NCBI GenBank assembly: GCA_044070495.1
Contig: JBIPSI010000002.1
Location: forward strand, 64,001-128,000
DNA length: 64,000 bases
Direction of reading: 5' to 3'
From: Spirulina sp.
Lineage (GTDB): Bacteria; Cyanobacteriota; Cyanobacteriia; Phormidesmidales; Phormidesmidaceae
Made by a program: the position numbers and the translations under genes. Shown piece by piece: positions 20,498 to 29,956 of this stretch. Each line of letters opens with the position of its first letter. Positions within the stretch are counted from its first letter, which is position 1. The notes beneath the pieces are model-generated. The model did not search any database. It saw only the letters and a list, made by a program, of their open reading frames with translations, and had not been told where the DNA came from.

Positions 20498-21298
20498 CTA
20501 GGGGGCCTCGAAGACCGCCCGTAACCCCCGCAGGCTCCCAGCTTGCGGGTTAAACAATAGTCTACTGTGATTGGTTAAAACCGTGTGAATGGGAACCACC
20601 TGCACGGCGGAGTTGGAGTAGGCCAGGGACTCAAACCGCTGCACCACCTCCGGCACCCAGGGATCTTGACAGACCGAGATGCCCTGCTGCTGTAGGGATT
20701 CACACAGATGCAGTCGCGCTACCCCTGGCAGTAGGCCCTCCTCCAGGGGCGGCGTCCACCATTGCCCATCGGCCCAACCCCAGAGGTTGCCCGTGCTGGT
20801 TTCTAGCCAATGTCCAGCCGCGTCGATCAAAATCGCTTCCCGCGCCCCTTGGTGTTGGGCCTGTTGTAGCGCCAGCCAACCACCCAGGTAGTTCCCGGTT
20901 TTATACCCCGGCAAAGCCCGCCGATAGAGATCCCCCGCCGCCAGCCAAGCAGTGATGCCTTGGGACTGCATCTCGCCTAGGTTCGCTGGCAATGGGCGAC
21001 CCGTCACCAGTTCCCGACCATCGGGCAGGCAAGTAATCCGCAACACGGGAAAGGATGGTTTCAGCCATTCGGCCCCCTGGCGCACCCGATCCCAGTCCGG
21101 CTCTGGCCATTGGAATGCCGCCAACCCGTGGCGCAACCGATGCAGGTGATCCTCCCAGCGGGTGAGGGAATGGGCTAGGTCGTTCTGATAAACCCGCAGA
21201 GTGGTAAACACCGTGGCTCCATAGAGAAAGGCGGGTTCGTTAACCGCCAGGGTGAGATCATCGCCCTCAACGGGTTGGCCGGAGAACCAGTAAGTCAT
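20498..21298 (-). CDS. Aminotransferase class IV (aminodeoxychorismate lyase-like)
   Basis: YGATVFTTLR, YKTGNY, ETSTGN, LLPGVAR. Confidence 0.85.
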   Translation of the reverse strand: MTYWFSGQPVEGDDLTLAVNEPAFLYGATVFTTLRVYQNDLAHSLTRWEDHLHRLRHGLAAFQWPEPDWDRVRQGAEWLKPSFPVLRITCLPDGRELVTGRPLPANLGEMQSQGITAWLAAGDLYRRALPGYKTGNYLGGWLALQQAQHQGAREAILIDAAGHWLETSTGNLWGWADGQWWTPPLEEGLLPGVARLHLCESLQQQGISVCQDPWVPEVVQRFESLAYSNSAVQVVPIHTVLTNHSRLLFNPQAGSLRGLRAVFEAP

Positions 21299-21329
21299 CA
21301 ATTCAGTCGGGCATTAAAGCAGCCGCTTA

Positions 21330-21556
21330 CTATAGCGGATTTCACTGGGTTGAAGTCTATTGTGATGATTCCCCCTGCCCCCCTTATCAAGGGTGGTACG
21401 GATTTCAATAGCGGATTTCACTTGATTGAAGTTCATTGCGATAATCCCCCCCGCCCCCTTATCAAGGGGGATACAGCGTGAAACTTAGACCGCCAGGCAC
21501 TGGGGGGATCTAGAACTCCGTGAGGGTGTAACTCACGCTATCGAGATTCGCTGTAG
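21330..21556. mobile_element. MITE-like element with internal duplication
   Basis: Ends CTATAGCGGATTTC / GAGATTCGCTGTAG are 11/14 inverted; 76-bp-period internal duplication; CCCCCTTATCAAGGG core; no transposase. Confidence 0.65.
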
Positions 21557-21612
21557 ATTCGCTGTAGATGTAGAGGCAACCCTAACGTTAGAGGTCGCCT
21601 TAACGTCAGAGC

Positions 21613-23139
21613 TTACTGCATTCGATCAATGGTGCGGTATTGGATGGCTTCCGCGATGTGGTGGGTTTGCAGGTGTTCGGCCCCATCGAGGTCGGCAATG
21701 GTGCGGCCCACTTTGAGGATGCGGTCGGTGGCGCGGGCGGAGAGACCCAGTTTGCGGACGGCTCCTTCTAAGAGGGTGCGGCTGGTGTCGTCGAGGGGGC
21801 ACCAGTCCTTGAGGTGACGGCTTTGCATGTCGGCGTTGCATTGCAGCTTGGGTTCGGCCTTAAAGCGGTCGTGGGCGCGCTGGCGGGCCTGCTGCACCCG
21901 ATCCCGTACGGGTTCCGAGGCTTCTCCGGGCTGGTGTTGGGTCATTTCTTCGGGTTTGATGCGACTTACCACCACTTGCAGGTCAATGCGATCCATCAGC
22001 GGCCCAGAGAGGCGAGACCAGTAGTTTTCGCGGCTGCGGGGGGAGCAGGTGCAGGGCTGAACGGAATCGCCATAGAACCCACAGGGGCAGGGATTGGTGC
22101 TGGCAATCAGGGTAAACTGGGCCGGAAATACGACGGATTGCCGGGTGCGGGTGATGGTGACATAGCCGTCTTCGAGGGGCTGGCGCAAAAATTCCAGGAC
22201 ATCTCGTTTAAACTCAGTCAGCTCGTCCAAAAATAAAATACCTCTATGGGCCAGGGAGATTTCCCCCGGTTTGGGGTAACTGCCACCGCCCACCAGGGAA
22301 GGCCCAGAGGCGGAATGGTGGGGGCTGCGAAAGGGGCGGGTGTTGACCAGGGTGCCCTTCTCCTTCAGCAATCCGGCCACGGAGTGAATTTGGGTGACAT
22401 CCAGGGCTTCCTCAAACTGCAAGGGCGGCAGGATGGAGGGCAACCGTCGAGCCAACATGGTTTTACCGCTTCCCGGTGGCCCCACGAAGATCAAATTATG
22501 GCCTCCAGCGGCGGCGATTTCCAGGGCGCGTCGGGCCTGGGCTTGGCCCTTCACGTCCCGTAGGTCTAAGGCTCCGGCGTGGTCGGTATTCAGGCTGCGG
22601 TCATCGTAGGTGACGGGGCTGTGGTTGCCCGGATTGTTGAGGAAATCGGCCACTTCGGAGACATGCTTGAAGGCGTAGACCGTTAGACCGGGCACTACGG
22701 CGGCTTCTCGGCCATTATCGGCGGGGACGACTAGGCCGCGTATCCCCAATTTTTGGGCGGCGGCGGCGATGGGCAACACCCCAGCTACGGCCCGCAAACT
22801 GCCGTCGAGAGAGACTTCGCCTAGGAATAGGAGATCGTTGAGGGCTTCGGTTTGCACCTGTTCGGCGGCGGCGAGGATGCCCACGCTGATGGGCAGGTCA
22901 AAAATCGGGCCTTCCTTCCGCAGATCCGCCGGGGTGAGATTGATCACCACCTTGCGCATGGGGAAGGGAAACCCAGCATTTTTCAGCGCGGCTTTGACCC
23001 GTTCCCGCGATTCCTGCACGGCGGTATCGGGCAGGCCGACAATGACGACCCCCGGTAGTCCACCCGATAAGTCCACCTCCACCCCAACCTTGAGGGCGTC
23101 AATGCCCATCAACGATGCACTCCAAACTCTTGCCAGCAT
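21613..23139 (-). CDS. comM: YifB/ComM Mg-chelatase-like AAA+ ATPase
   Basis: VGLPDTAVQESRERV, GPPGSGKT, PFRSPHH, NPCPCG. Confidence 0.92.
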   Translation of the reverse strand: MLARVWSASLMGIDALKVGVEVDLSGGLPGVVIVGLPDTAVQESRERVKAALKNAGFPFPMRKVVINLTPADLRKEGPIFDLPISVGILAAAEQVQTEALNDLLFLGEVSLDGSLRAVAGVLPIAAAAQKLGIRGLVVPADNGREAAVVPGLTVYAFKHVSEVADFLNNPGNHSPVTYDDRSLNTDHAGALDLRDVKGQAQARRALEIAAAGGHNLIFVGPPGSGKTMLARRLPSILPPLQFEEALDVTQIHSVAGLLKEKGTLVNTRPFRSPHHSASGPSLVGGGSYPKPGEISLAHRGILFLDELTEFKRDVLEFLRQPLEDGYVTITRTRQSVVFPAQFTLIASTNPCPCGFYGDSVQPCTCSPRSRENYWSRLSGPLMDRIDLQVVVSRIKPEEMTQHQPGEASEPVRDRVQQARQRAHDRFKAEPKLQCNADMQSRHLKDWCPLDDTSRTLLEGAVRKLGLSARATDRILKVGRTIADLDGAEHLQTHHIAEAIQYRTIDRMQ

Positions 23140-23256
23140 GGCCTTTTCCCTTGCAGATGCCGGGGTTAGCGTGCCCAGATGGCTAGGGGGGATCGCTACA
23201 GCAACGGGAATTCAGCCAAATCCATCATAGGGGAGGCCGTTAAATCGGGCTTTAGA

Positions 23257-23299
23257 TGTAATTCCCTATACAGTACGTCCCAAAACCGAGTCCTATAAC
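23257..23299 (+). promoter_or_regulatory. NtcA box plus -10 (class II promoter) of the ABC operon
   Basis: TGTA-attcccta-TACA, 22 nt, then TATAAC. Confidence 0.7.
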
Positions 23300-23423
23300 A
23301 GGGCTGGATAGCTGTGTTAATTTTGGCTGATTTATTAATTTGGTCTGAAATTATCCGCTTGAGGCTGAGCCGTCTGGGAAACTAGGCGCAACATTATCAA
23401 GACTTGAATGCGGGAGACTCAGA

Positions 23424-24599
23424 ATGCAAGAGGTTCAGATCGTCTCAATTTCTAGTAACGAGGCGATCCCCGCTGATCTTCAAGGCGAGGCCAAGGGGGT
23501 ATCGCTGCGGGATGTGACCAAACGCTACGGGTCGTTTGCGGCGGTGCAGAACATTACCCTGGATGTTCCAGCGGGTTCCTACACCTGTTTGCTGGGGCCA
23601 AGTGGCTGCGGCAAAACCACGACCATGCGGATGATTGCCGGACACGAAGAGATTACCGAGGGCGACATTTATATTGGCGATCTACGCATTAACGGCCTAC
23701 CCGCTACTCAGCGCAATACGGCCATGATGTTCCAGAACTACGCCCTTTTCCCCCACAAAACCGTATGGGACAACGTGGATTTTGGCCTGAAAATGCGTAA
23801 GCTTTCCCTCCAAGACCGCAAGACACGGGTGGGGGAAATTTTGGAAATTTTGGGGCTGAGCCAATTTAGCGACCGCAAGCCCGCCATGCTCAGCGGCGGT
23901 CAGCAACAGCGGGTGGCCCTAGCCCGTGCCCTGGTGACGCGCCCCCAGGTGTTGATGCTGGACGAACCCCTCAGCGCCCTGGATGAAAACCTGCGGGTAA
24001 AAACCCGTGGCGAACTCCGCAAACTTCAGCGCCAGTTTGGCATGACCTTCATCCAAGTCACCCACAACCAGGATGAGGCCTATTCCCTCTCCGATCAAAT
24101 TGTGGTGATGGATCATGGCCGAGTCGATCAGGTGGGCACCCCGGCAGACATTTTTTCGCGGCCTGCTTCGCGGTTCGTGGCCAATTTCACCGGAGACAAC
24201 AACATCTTCGAGGGCACCGTTACTCAGTCTGTGGCCGATACCCAGGGGCAGATCATCCAGTTGGATGTCCCTAACCTCGGTACCCTGCTGTGCAAAGGTG
24301 ACTATGCCCAGGTGGGGAGTACGGCGGCTTGCTGTGTGCGGGCGGATCTGATTCAGATGAAGCCCCTAGCCGAGGCCGAAGCCAGCGGCCCAACCCCCGC
24401 CATCAACCGGGTCACGGCCCGGATTGCGGCGGTGGAATTTACGGGCTACATCACACGGGTTGCCCTTGTATTAGAGCGCTCTGGGGCCGAGGTGCTCTAC
24501 AAAGCCCGCACCCCCGACTGGTTGCAAACCACCTTCCAGGAAGGGCAAATCGTCGCCCTCGACTGGGCTGCTGCCGACTGTATTTTCCTGGCCCACTAG
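23424..24599 (+). CDS. ABC transporter ATP-binding protein, PotA-like
   Basis: GPSGCGKT, LSGGQQQR, LDEP, TOBE-like C-terminus. Confidence 0.93.
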   Translation: MQEVQIVSISSNEAIPADLQGEAKGVSLRDVTKRYGSFAAVQNITLDVPAGSYTCLLGPSGCGKTTTMRMIAGHEEITEGDIYIGDLRINGLPATQRNTAMMFQNYALFPHKTVWDNVDFGLKMRKLSLQDRKTRVGEILEILGLSQFSDRKPAMLSGGQQQRVALARALVTRPQVLMLDEPLSALDENLRVKTRGELRKLQRQFGMTFIQVTHNQDEAYSLSDQIVVMDHGRVDQVGTPADIFSRPASRFVANFTGDNNIFEGTVTQSVADTQGQIIQLDVPNLGTLLCKGDYAQVGSTAACCVRADLIQMKPLAEAEASGPTPAINRVTARIAAVEFTGYITRVALVLERSGAEVLYKARTPDWLQTTFQEGQIVALDWAAADCIFLAH

Positions 24600-24674
24600 G
24601 GCGAATCCCGTGGGGGTATCTCACGGCGCTATCAGCGTTTCTCCTCACCTGTCGTTTTTCAACATAAGTCAGCC

Positions 24675-25979
24675 ATGGGTAAGTTTTCTCGTCGTCAAGT
24701 CATCCGCACTGGCCTCGCTGCCGGAGCTTTCCTCACTGCCACCCGTTGCGCCGCCCCATCAGGCACGCCTAATAATCCGGCCCCTGGCCCCCAAGTCAAC
24801 GCTAATAATGCTAAGGATGTCACCCTGCGGCTGATTGGCACCGGGGTATCGCAAATTAACGAAATTCGCGACAAAGCCCAAGAAGACCTCGGTTTTAAGT
24901 TTGAAATGCGTGCCCTCAGCACCGAGGAAAACAACCAAATTGCCATCACCCAGCCCGGCCAATACGACATTTTTGATGGGGAGTACTTTAGCCTTCCCCT
25001 AGTCGTGCCCTCCGGCAATCTGCAAGCCATTGATATTAAGCGCATCACCAACTACGACAAGATTGTCTCCTTCTTTAGAACCGGGGAATTTAAGGGAATG
25101 CCCGTGGAGCAATCCCAAGGCACAGCCCCCTTCAAAGTGCAGTATTTAACTGGGCCAGACTCAAAGGAATTTGCCCCTGAGCCTACCGATTTTGCTACCA
25201 TGATTCCCTTCCAGTACAACGCTGATACCCTGGGCTATCGGCCCGACTTGGTAGGGCGCGAAATTAAAAGCTGGGGCGAACTCTTTAACCCCGAATTTAA
25301 AGGTAAAACCTCGATCCTAGACATTCCCCAAATCGGCATTATGGATGCAGCCATGGTCGCCGAAGCCCTGGGCCTGATGACCTTTGCCGACAAAGGCAAC
25401 ATGACCAAGGCCGAAATCGATCAAATCATCGACATTCTGAAGGAGCAAAAAGCCAATGGCCAATTCCGAGCCTTCTGGAAAACCTTTGATGAGTCGGTGA
25501 ACTTGATGAGCTCCGGCGAAGTGGTGCTGCAATCCATGTGGTCGCCCGCCGTTACCGCCGTCCAATCCCAGGGCATTGAATGTATCTATGCGCCCCTCGA
25601 AGAAGGCTATCGTGGCTGGGGTGGCGGCATCGGCCTATCTAAAAACCTAGAAGGAATGCAGCTCGACGCCGCCTACGAATACATCAACTGGATGTTAGAC
25701 GGCTGGGTGGGGGCCTTCCTCGGTCGCCAAGGCTACTACAGCGCTTCTCCAGAAACCGCTAAGACCTTCATGACGCCTGCCGAGTGGGATTTCTGGTACG
25801 AAGGAAAACCCGCCGCCGAAGATATTGTTGATCCCTTCGGCAAAACCCTGGCCACGGCTGGCACGGTTCGCGATGGGGGCTCCTTCGATGAGCGTTTTGG
25901 CAACATTGTCTGCTGGAACTCCACCATGGAAGAAAACACCTACCTCGTCCAGAAGTGGAATGAGTTTATTGCCTCCTAA
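24675..25979 (+). CDS. ABC substrate-binding protein, PotD/PotF-like, Tat signal
   Basis: SRRQVI twin-arginine leader with Cys; SWGELFNPEFKGK; operon context. Confidence 0.88.
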   Translation: MGKFSRRQVIRTGLAAGAFLTATRCAAPSGTPNNPAPGPQVNANNAKDVTLRLIGTGVSQINEIRDKAQEDLGFKFEMRALSTEENNQIAITQPGQYDIFDGEYFSLPLVVPSGNLQAIDIKRITNYDKIVSFFRTGEFKGMPVEQSQGTAPFKVQYLTGPDSKEFAPEPTDFATMIPFQYNADTLGYRPDLVGREIKSWGELFNPEFKGKTSILDIPQIGIMDAAMVAEALGLMTFADKGNMTKAEIDQIIDILKEQKANGQFRAFWKTFDESVNLMSSGEVVLQSMWSPAVTAVQSQGIECIYAPLEEGYRGWGGGIGLSKNLEGMQLDAAYEYINWMLDGWVGAFLGRQGYYSASPETAKTFMTPAEWDFWYEGKPAAEDIVDPFGKTLATAGTVRDGGSFDERFGNIVCWNSTMEENTYLVQKWNEFIAS

Positions 25980-26010
25980 TAGGGTTTCTTAGAACATTCA
26001 TTGTGAGGCC

Positions 26011-26038
26011 GTAGGGTGCATTTGCGAAGCAATGCACC
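26011..26038 (+). repeat. GTAG-type REP-like palindrome
   Basis: GTAGGGTGCATT...AATGCACC; related copy at 54971..55040. Confidence 0.65.
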
Positions 26039-26093
26039 CAAAATGCCATGCTACGGATTACCCTACCATCATGAGTTTCCGGTATTCTAACCT

Positions 26094-26951
26094 ATGTCTC
26101 AAACTTGGAAAATCCTCAAGCCCTATGCCTTGATCACTCCCCAAACGTTAGTCTTTCTAATGTTTCTGGTGTTTCCCATTGTGATGATTGGGGTAGTCAG
26201 CTTTTGGGAGTTTACGGGCTATTCCATGGTGCCCGCCTTCACCTTAGATAACTACATCGGTATTTTCACCTCCGATGTCACGGTAAAAACCTACCTCAAC
26301 ACCTTTAAGTTCCTAGGACTAACCTGGCTATTTACCCTGCTGATTGGTTATCCTGTCGCCTACTTCATTGCTTTTCATGTGCCAAAGTTGCAGTGGCAAA
26401 TACTTCTTTTCCTATTATGTACAATTCCTTTTTGGACTTCTAATATTATTCGGATGATTTCCTGGTTGCCCCTACTAGGGAGAGAGGGCTTAGTTAATCA
26501 GGTTTTGCAGAATCTTGGCCTAGTTCAGGAGCCTCTGGAGTTTTTACTCTATTCTGATTTTGCTGTGGTTTTGGGTATGGTGCATTTGTACGTTATTTTC
26601 ATGATTGCACCCATTTTCAATAGCCTAATGCGAATTGACCGTACCCTGATAACCGCTGCTGAAGACTTAGGGGCCTCAGGATTTGAGGTATTGAAGGAAA
26701 TTATTCTGCCACTCTCGGCTCCAGGAATTGCCATTGGCTCCATTTTTATCGTGACGTTAATTATGGGGGAATTTGTTACGGTGCGGCTGATGGGGGGTGG
26801 GCAATCGGCCTCGGTAGGCAAGTTGATTCAAACCCAAATTGGTAGTTTGCAATATCCCCTAGCGGCGGCCAACGCCATGATCCTATTAATCGTGACATTG
26901 CTAATCGTGATTTCTATTCTGCGAGTGTTGGATATCCGGAAGGAACTTTAG
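26094..26951 (+). CDS. ABC permease, PotB-like
   Basis: IPFWTSNIIR and EAA-like loop AAEDLGAS. Confidence 0.92.
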   Translation: MSQTWKILKPYALITPQTLVFLMFLVFPIVMIGVVSFWEFTGYSMVPAFTLDNYIGIFTSDVTVKTYLNTFKFLGLTWLFTLLIGYPVAYFIAFHVPKLQWQILLFLLCTIPFWTSNIIRMISWLPLLGREGLVNQVLQNLGLVQEPLEFLLYSDFAVVLGMVHLYVIFMIAPIFNSLMRIDRTLITAAEDLGASGFEVLKEIILPLSAPGIAIGSIFIVTLIMGEFVTVRLMGGGQSASVGKLIQTQIGSLQYPLAAANAMILLIVTLLIVISILRVLDIRKEL

Positions 26952-26976
26952 GACGATTCAATCCAGAACATCACGC

Positions 26977-27564
26977 CTAAAAGCGATTGACGGTGATAGT
27001 GAAATCAGGCAGTACAGCCTCCCCAGAAAGTTCCGTCGGCAGCGTTTGGATGTCCACAGAGCCATCAGACCGGTAGACTTCCACCTGTTGATCGACAGGA
27101 TTAACTAGCCAACCCAGTCGAACCCCATTATCTATGTATTCTCGCATTTTGCTCTGTAACCGATCTAAACGATCTGTTCTAGATCGTAGCTCCATCACAA
27201 AGTCGGGGGCGATGGGTGGGAATTTCTGTTGCTGTTCGGGGGTGAGCGATTGCCAGCGATCCAGCGTAACCCAGGCGGCATCGGGTGAACGCTTACTACC
27301 CAGGGGAAGCTGGAAAATCGTAGATGAGCTAAACACTTTTCCTAGCCGAGTTTGCCGATTCCACAGCACTAAGTCTGCCCCCAACTCAATCTCTTGGCTA
27401 CCGCTCTCACCACCCACAGGAGGCATGACAATCAGGGCTCCCTCTATCGTTTGCTCAAGGGCCAAGTCTGGATTATCCAAACACAGTTGGTAAAACTGAT
27501 CATCATTTAAATGGAGCGACTGAAAATTCAGTTCTATTGGAGAATCTAGCGTCGGCATGGCCAT
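26977..27564 (-). CDS. Uma2 family endonuclease (DUF820)
   Basis: FYQLCLDNPDL, RSPDAAWV, PDFVMELRS, GVRLGWLV. Confidence 0.92.
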   Translation of the reverse strand: MAMPTLDSPIELNFQSLHLNDDQFYQLCLDNPDLALEQTIEGALIVMPPVGGESGSQEIELGADLVLWNRQTRLGKVFSSSTIFQLPLGSKRSPDAAWVTLDRWQSLTPEQQQKFPPIAPDFVMELRSRTDRLDRLQSKMREYIDNGVRLGWLVNPVDQQVEVYRSDGSVDIQTLPTELSGEAVLPDFTITVNRF

Positions 27565-27623
27565 GTTTCCCAGGGCTAGTTCTCCCATCATATCCTAGTC
27601 ATCTCTTGCATCGAGGCGATCCG

Positions 27624-28433
27624 ATGAAAAAGCATCCCCTATCGTTCTACGTTCTCCTGGTTTTCTTCTGCCTGTTTGTGCTGTTTCTCTACGGCCCCAT
27701 GATTACGATTTTTATCCTATCCCTGCAAGGGCCGGACGGAACCTTGACCTTCCCGGTGAGGAGTTTTGGCTTTTATTGGCTGGGCCAGGTGTTCCAGGAA
27801 CAGCGGGTAGGAAATTTTGTGGAGCCCTTCTTCCGGTCGCTGATTTTGGCCCTTGCGGTGATGGCCGTTACCATCGTCTGCTCGGTGCTGGCTAGCATGG
27901 GTTTTCGGCAGCGGTTTAAAGGATCAACGGTAATTTTTTACCTAACGGTGGCCAGTTTAATTGTGCCGAGTATTTTGATTTCCCTCGGCATTGGGGTGGC
28001 CTTTCAGGTGTTGGGCTGGCAGACTAATTGGTTTTCCTCTGGCCTAGGGGCACATTTAACTTGGACGCTGCCCGTAGCCTTTTTAATCATGCTGGGGATC
28101 TTTAACCGCTTTAACCCCGCCTACGAAGAAGCCGCCCGTGACCTCGGAGCCACCGATCCCAAGACTTTTTGGGAAATTGTGCTGCCCTTAATTGCCCCTA
28201 GTTTGCTGGGGGTAGGCCTACTCACCTTCACCCTGTCCTACGACGAATTTACTCGCACCTCCCTGGTTTCCGGCCAGCGCAATACCCTACCCCTAGAAAT
28301 TTTTGGCATGACCACCAACGTCACCTCCCCAGCCCTCTATGCCCTAGGGACGCTGACCACGCTGTTTTCTGCCTCGCTGATTTTGGTGGCCTATTTTGCC
28401 TATCGCGCCATCGTCCAACGCCAGCGCACCTAA
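27624..28433 (+). CDS. ABC permease, PotC-like
   Basis: FLYGP, EEAARDLGA, SYDEF; start placed at MKKH. Confidence 0.92.
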   Translation: MKKHPLSFYVLLVFFCLFVLFLYGPMITIFILSLQGPDGTLTFPVRSFGFYWLGQVFQEQRVGNFVEPFFRSLILALAVMAVTIVCSVLASMGFRQRFKGSTVIFYLTVASLIVPSILISLGIGVAFQVLGWQTNWFSSGLGAHLTWTLPVAFLIMLGIFNRFNPAYEEAARDLGATDPKTFWEIVLPLIAPSLLGVGLLTFTLSYDEFTRTSLVSGQRNTLPLEIFGMTTNVTSPALYALGTLTTLFSASLILVAYFAYRAIVQRQRT

Positions 28434-28442
28434 GTCCCGGGC

Positions 28443-28531
28443 TGATTAAAGTAGATTGCGATGGCCTCTGTTCCACCGATTAATGGGGATACAGCGTGAA
28501 GCTTGGATGGATAGGTACTGGAGGAATCCAG
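28443..28531. repeat. Decayed copy of the interior of the 21330 element
   Basis: TGATT.AAGT..ATTGCGAT...GGGGATACAGCGTGAA.CTT.GA...GG.ACTGG matches about 21423..21512. Confidence 0.6.
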
Positions 28532-28627
28532 TCGAATTGATTATTACACCCGTCCTGGGAGCAACCTGGCCTTCGGCTGCTCCAACTTACGGCGTACAAT
28601 ATTAAGCAATATTTCAATAGTTGTGCC

Positions 28628-29455
28628 GTGACCGATACCCTCACCCGCCCCCGACAGATCGAGACTCGCGCCTTACCCCTCAAGACGCTTTGGGCCGATA
28701 CCCTTACCATCTTCTGGGGGGACTGGCTCGATCTGCGGGTGCGGATTCCCCAGGTGGCTTCGTCGGGGTTGGTGTCGCCGCTGATCTATATCTTGGCCTT
28801 TGGGCTGGGGTTGGGGGGAGCTATTGACCAAGTCACTACGCCGCCCGCAGGCGATACCTACCTGGAATTTATTTTGCCGGGGATGGTGGCTCTCTCTTCG
28901 ATGGTGATTAGTTTCGGTGGCACGACGTTTTCGATTTGTGGGGATCGCCTTTTCACCAAAACCTTCGAGGAAATGCTGCTCTATCCCGTCCATCCCCTAG
29001 CGCTGCACCTGGGTAAAATGCTGGCGGGCATTGTGCGCGGTTTGATGACGGCGGGGTCAGTCATCCTTGTGGCGGTGTTGTTTACCGGACGGTTTTGGAG
29101 CTTTATCAACCCCCTGTTTTTGTTGCTGGTGGTGCTCAACTGCGCGGTGTTTGCGGGACTGGGGGTGATTGTGGGCTTGAATGTAAAGTCCTTGGAGAGT
29201 GTGGGACTGTTCAATAATTTTTTGATTGTTCCCATGTCGTTCTTAGGGGGCACCTTCTTCGACCCAGCCATGTTGCCCCCTGCCCTCAAAGTGATTGTTT
29301 ACCTCCTTCCCCTCACCTACACCACCATTGGGTTGCGGGCTGCCGCCTACCTGCCGCTGGCGGAGTTTCCCTGGTATTCCATTCCCGTTCTAATTGCGGT
29401 AGCTGCGGTGCTTGCCTTTGTTGGTGCCCAACAGTTCTCTAGCCAGCAGGATTAG
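28628..29455 (+). CDS. ABC-2 type transporter permease
   Basis: YLEFILPGMVAL, FLGGTFF, LLPLTY. Confidence 0.88.
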   Translation: MTDTLTRPRQIETRALPLKTLWADTLTIFWGDWLDLRVRIPQVASSGLVSPLIYILAFGLGLGGAIDQVTTPPAGDTYLEFILPGMVALSSMVISFGGTTFSICGDRLFTKTFEEMLLYPVHPLALHLGKMLAGIVRGLMTAGSVILVAVLFTGRFWSFINPLFLLLVVLNCAVFAGLGVIVGLNVKSLESVGLFNNFLIVPMSFLGGTFFDPAMLPPALKVIVYLLPLTYTTIGLRAAAYLPLAEFPWYSIPVLIAVAAVLAFVGAQQFSSQQD

Positions 29456-29786
29456 CCTGGTTACAGCGTCTTCCGGTGTAAGCCTACGGTTAGAGCGCGG
29501 TCTCATCAGGTCATATCCATGGGTCAACATTGCCTCAGGCTATGGGTATAGGAGACGGGCTGAGAACGATGCTGTGTCCAGCGGCGAGAAGCCCAACCCT
29601 AACCCTAACCGTTAGCGCATCGGCAATCTCCCCCAATTCGTGGTTTTGACTCGCTTGGGCAACCAATTCCCTAGTTTTTACGGTTTTACAATTTGTAGAC
29701 TGATTCAAAAATCCTAATAGATCCCCAGGAGATCCGTGGATGGTGAGCCTGTTTTCGTCAAGTTACATCTGATGAGCATGGAAACA

Positions 29787-29813
29787 GCCCATACTTGAGG
29801 TGGGCTCTTTTTT
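29787..29813 (+). terminator. Intrinsic terminator-like hairpin upstream of the GGDEF-EAL gene
   Basis: AGCCCAT-ACTTGAG-GTGGGCT followed by CTTTTTT. Confidence 0.55.
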
Positions 29814-29956
29814 GTTCCCGTTCTTATATTGGGCACACTAAGACGTAGTTGCTCAGCCAAGAAATGGCTCCCTTCAAGTTTGATTGAGGGATCCGGTGGC
29901 CAGCCCCAGCCGCCGATCCACCGTTGCCATGGTTGGCCTCATCTACAAAGGATCCT

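Noticed and set aside
21332..21470. Possible CRISPR array
   Set aside because: Only two long degenerate units, no unique spacers and no cas genes.
21275..21481. 68-aa ORF with PLIKG repeats
   Set aside because: Reads through the MITE-like element.
29595..29610. Telomere-like AACCCTAACCCTAACC
   Set aside because: Fewer than three units; compatible with chance.
29745..29790. Hammerhead-like CTGATGA...GAAAC core
   Set aside because: Stems I and II cannot form (G opposite G closing stem II).
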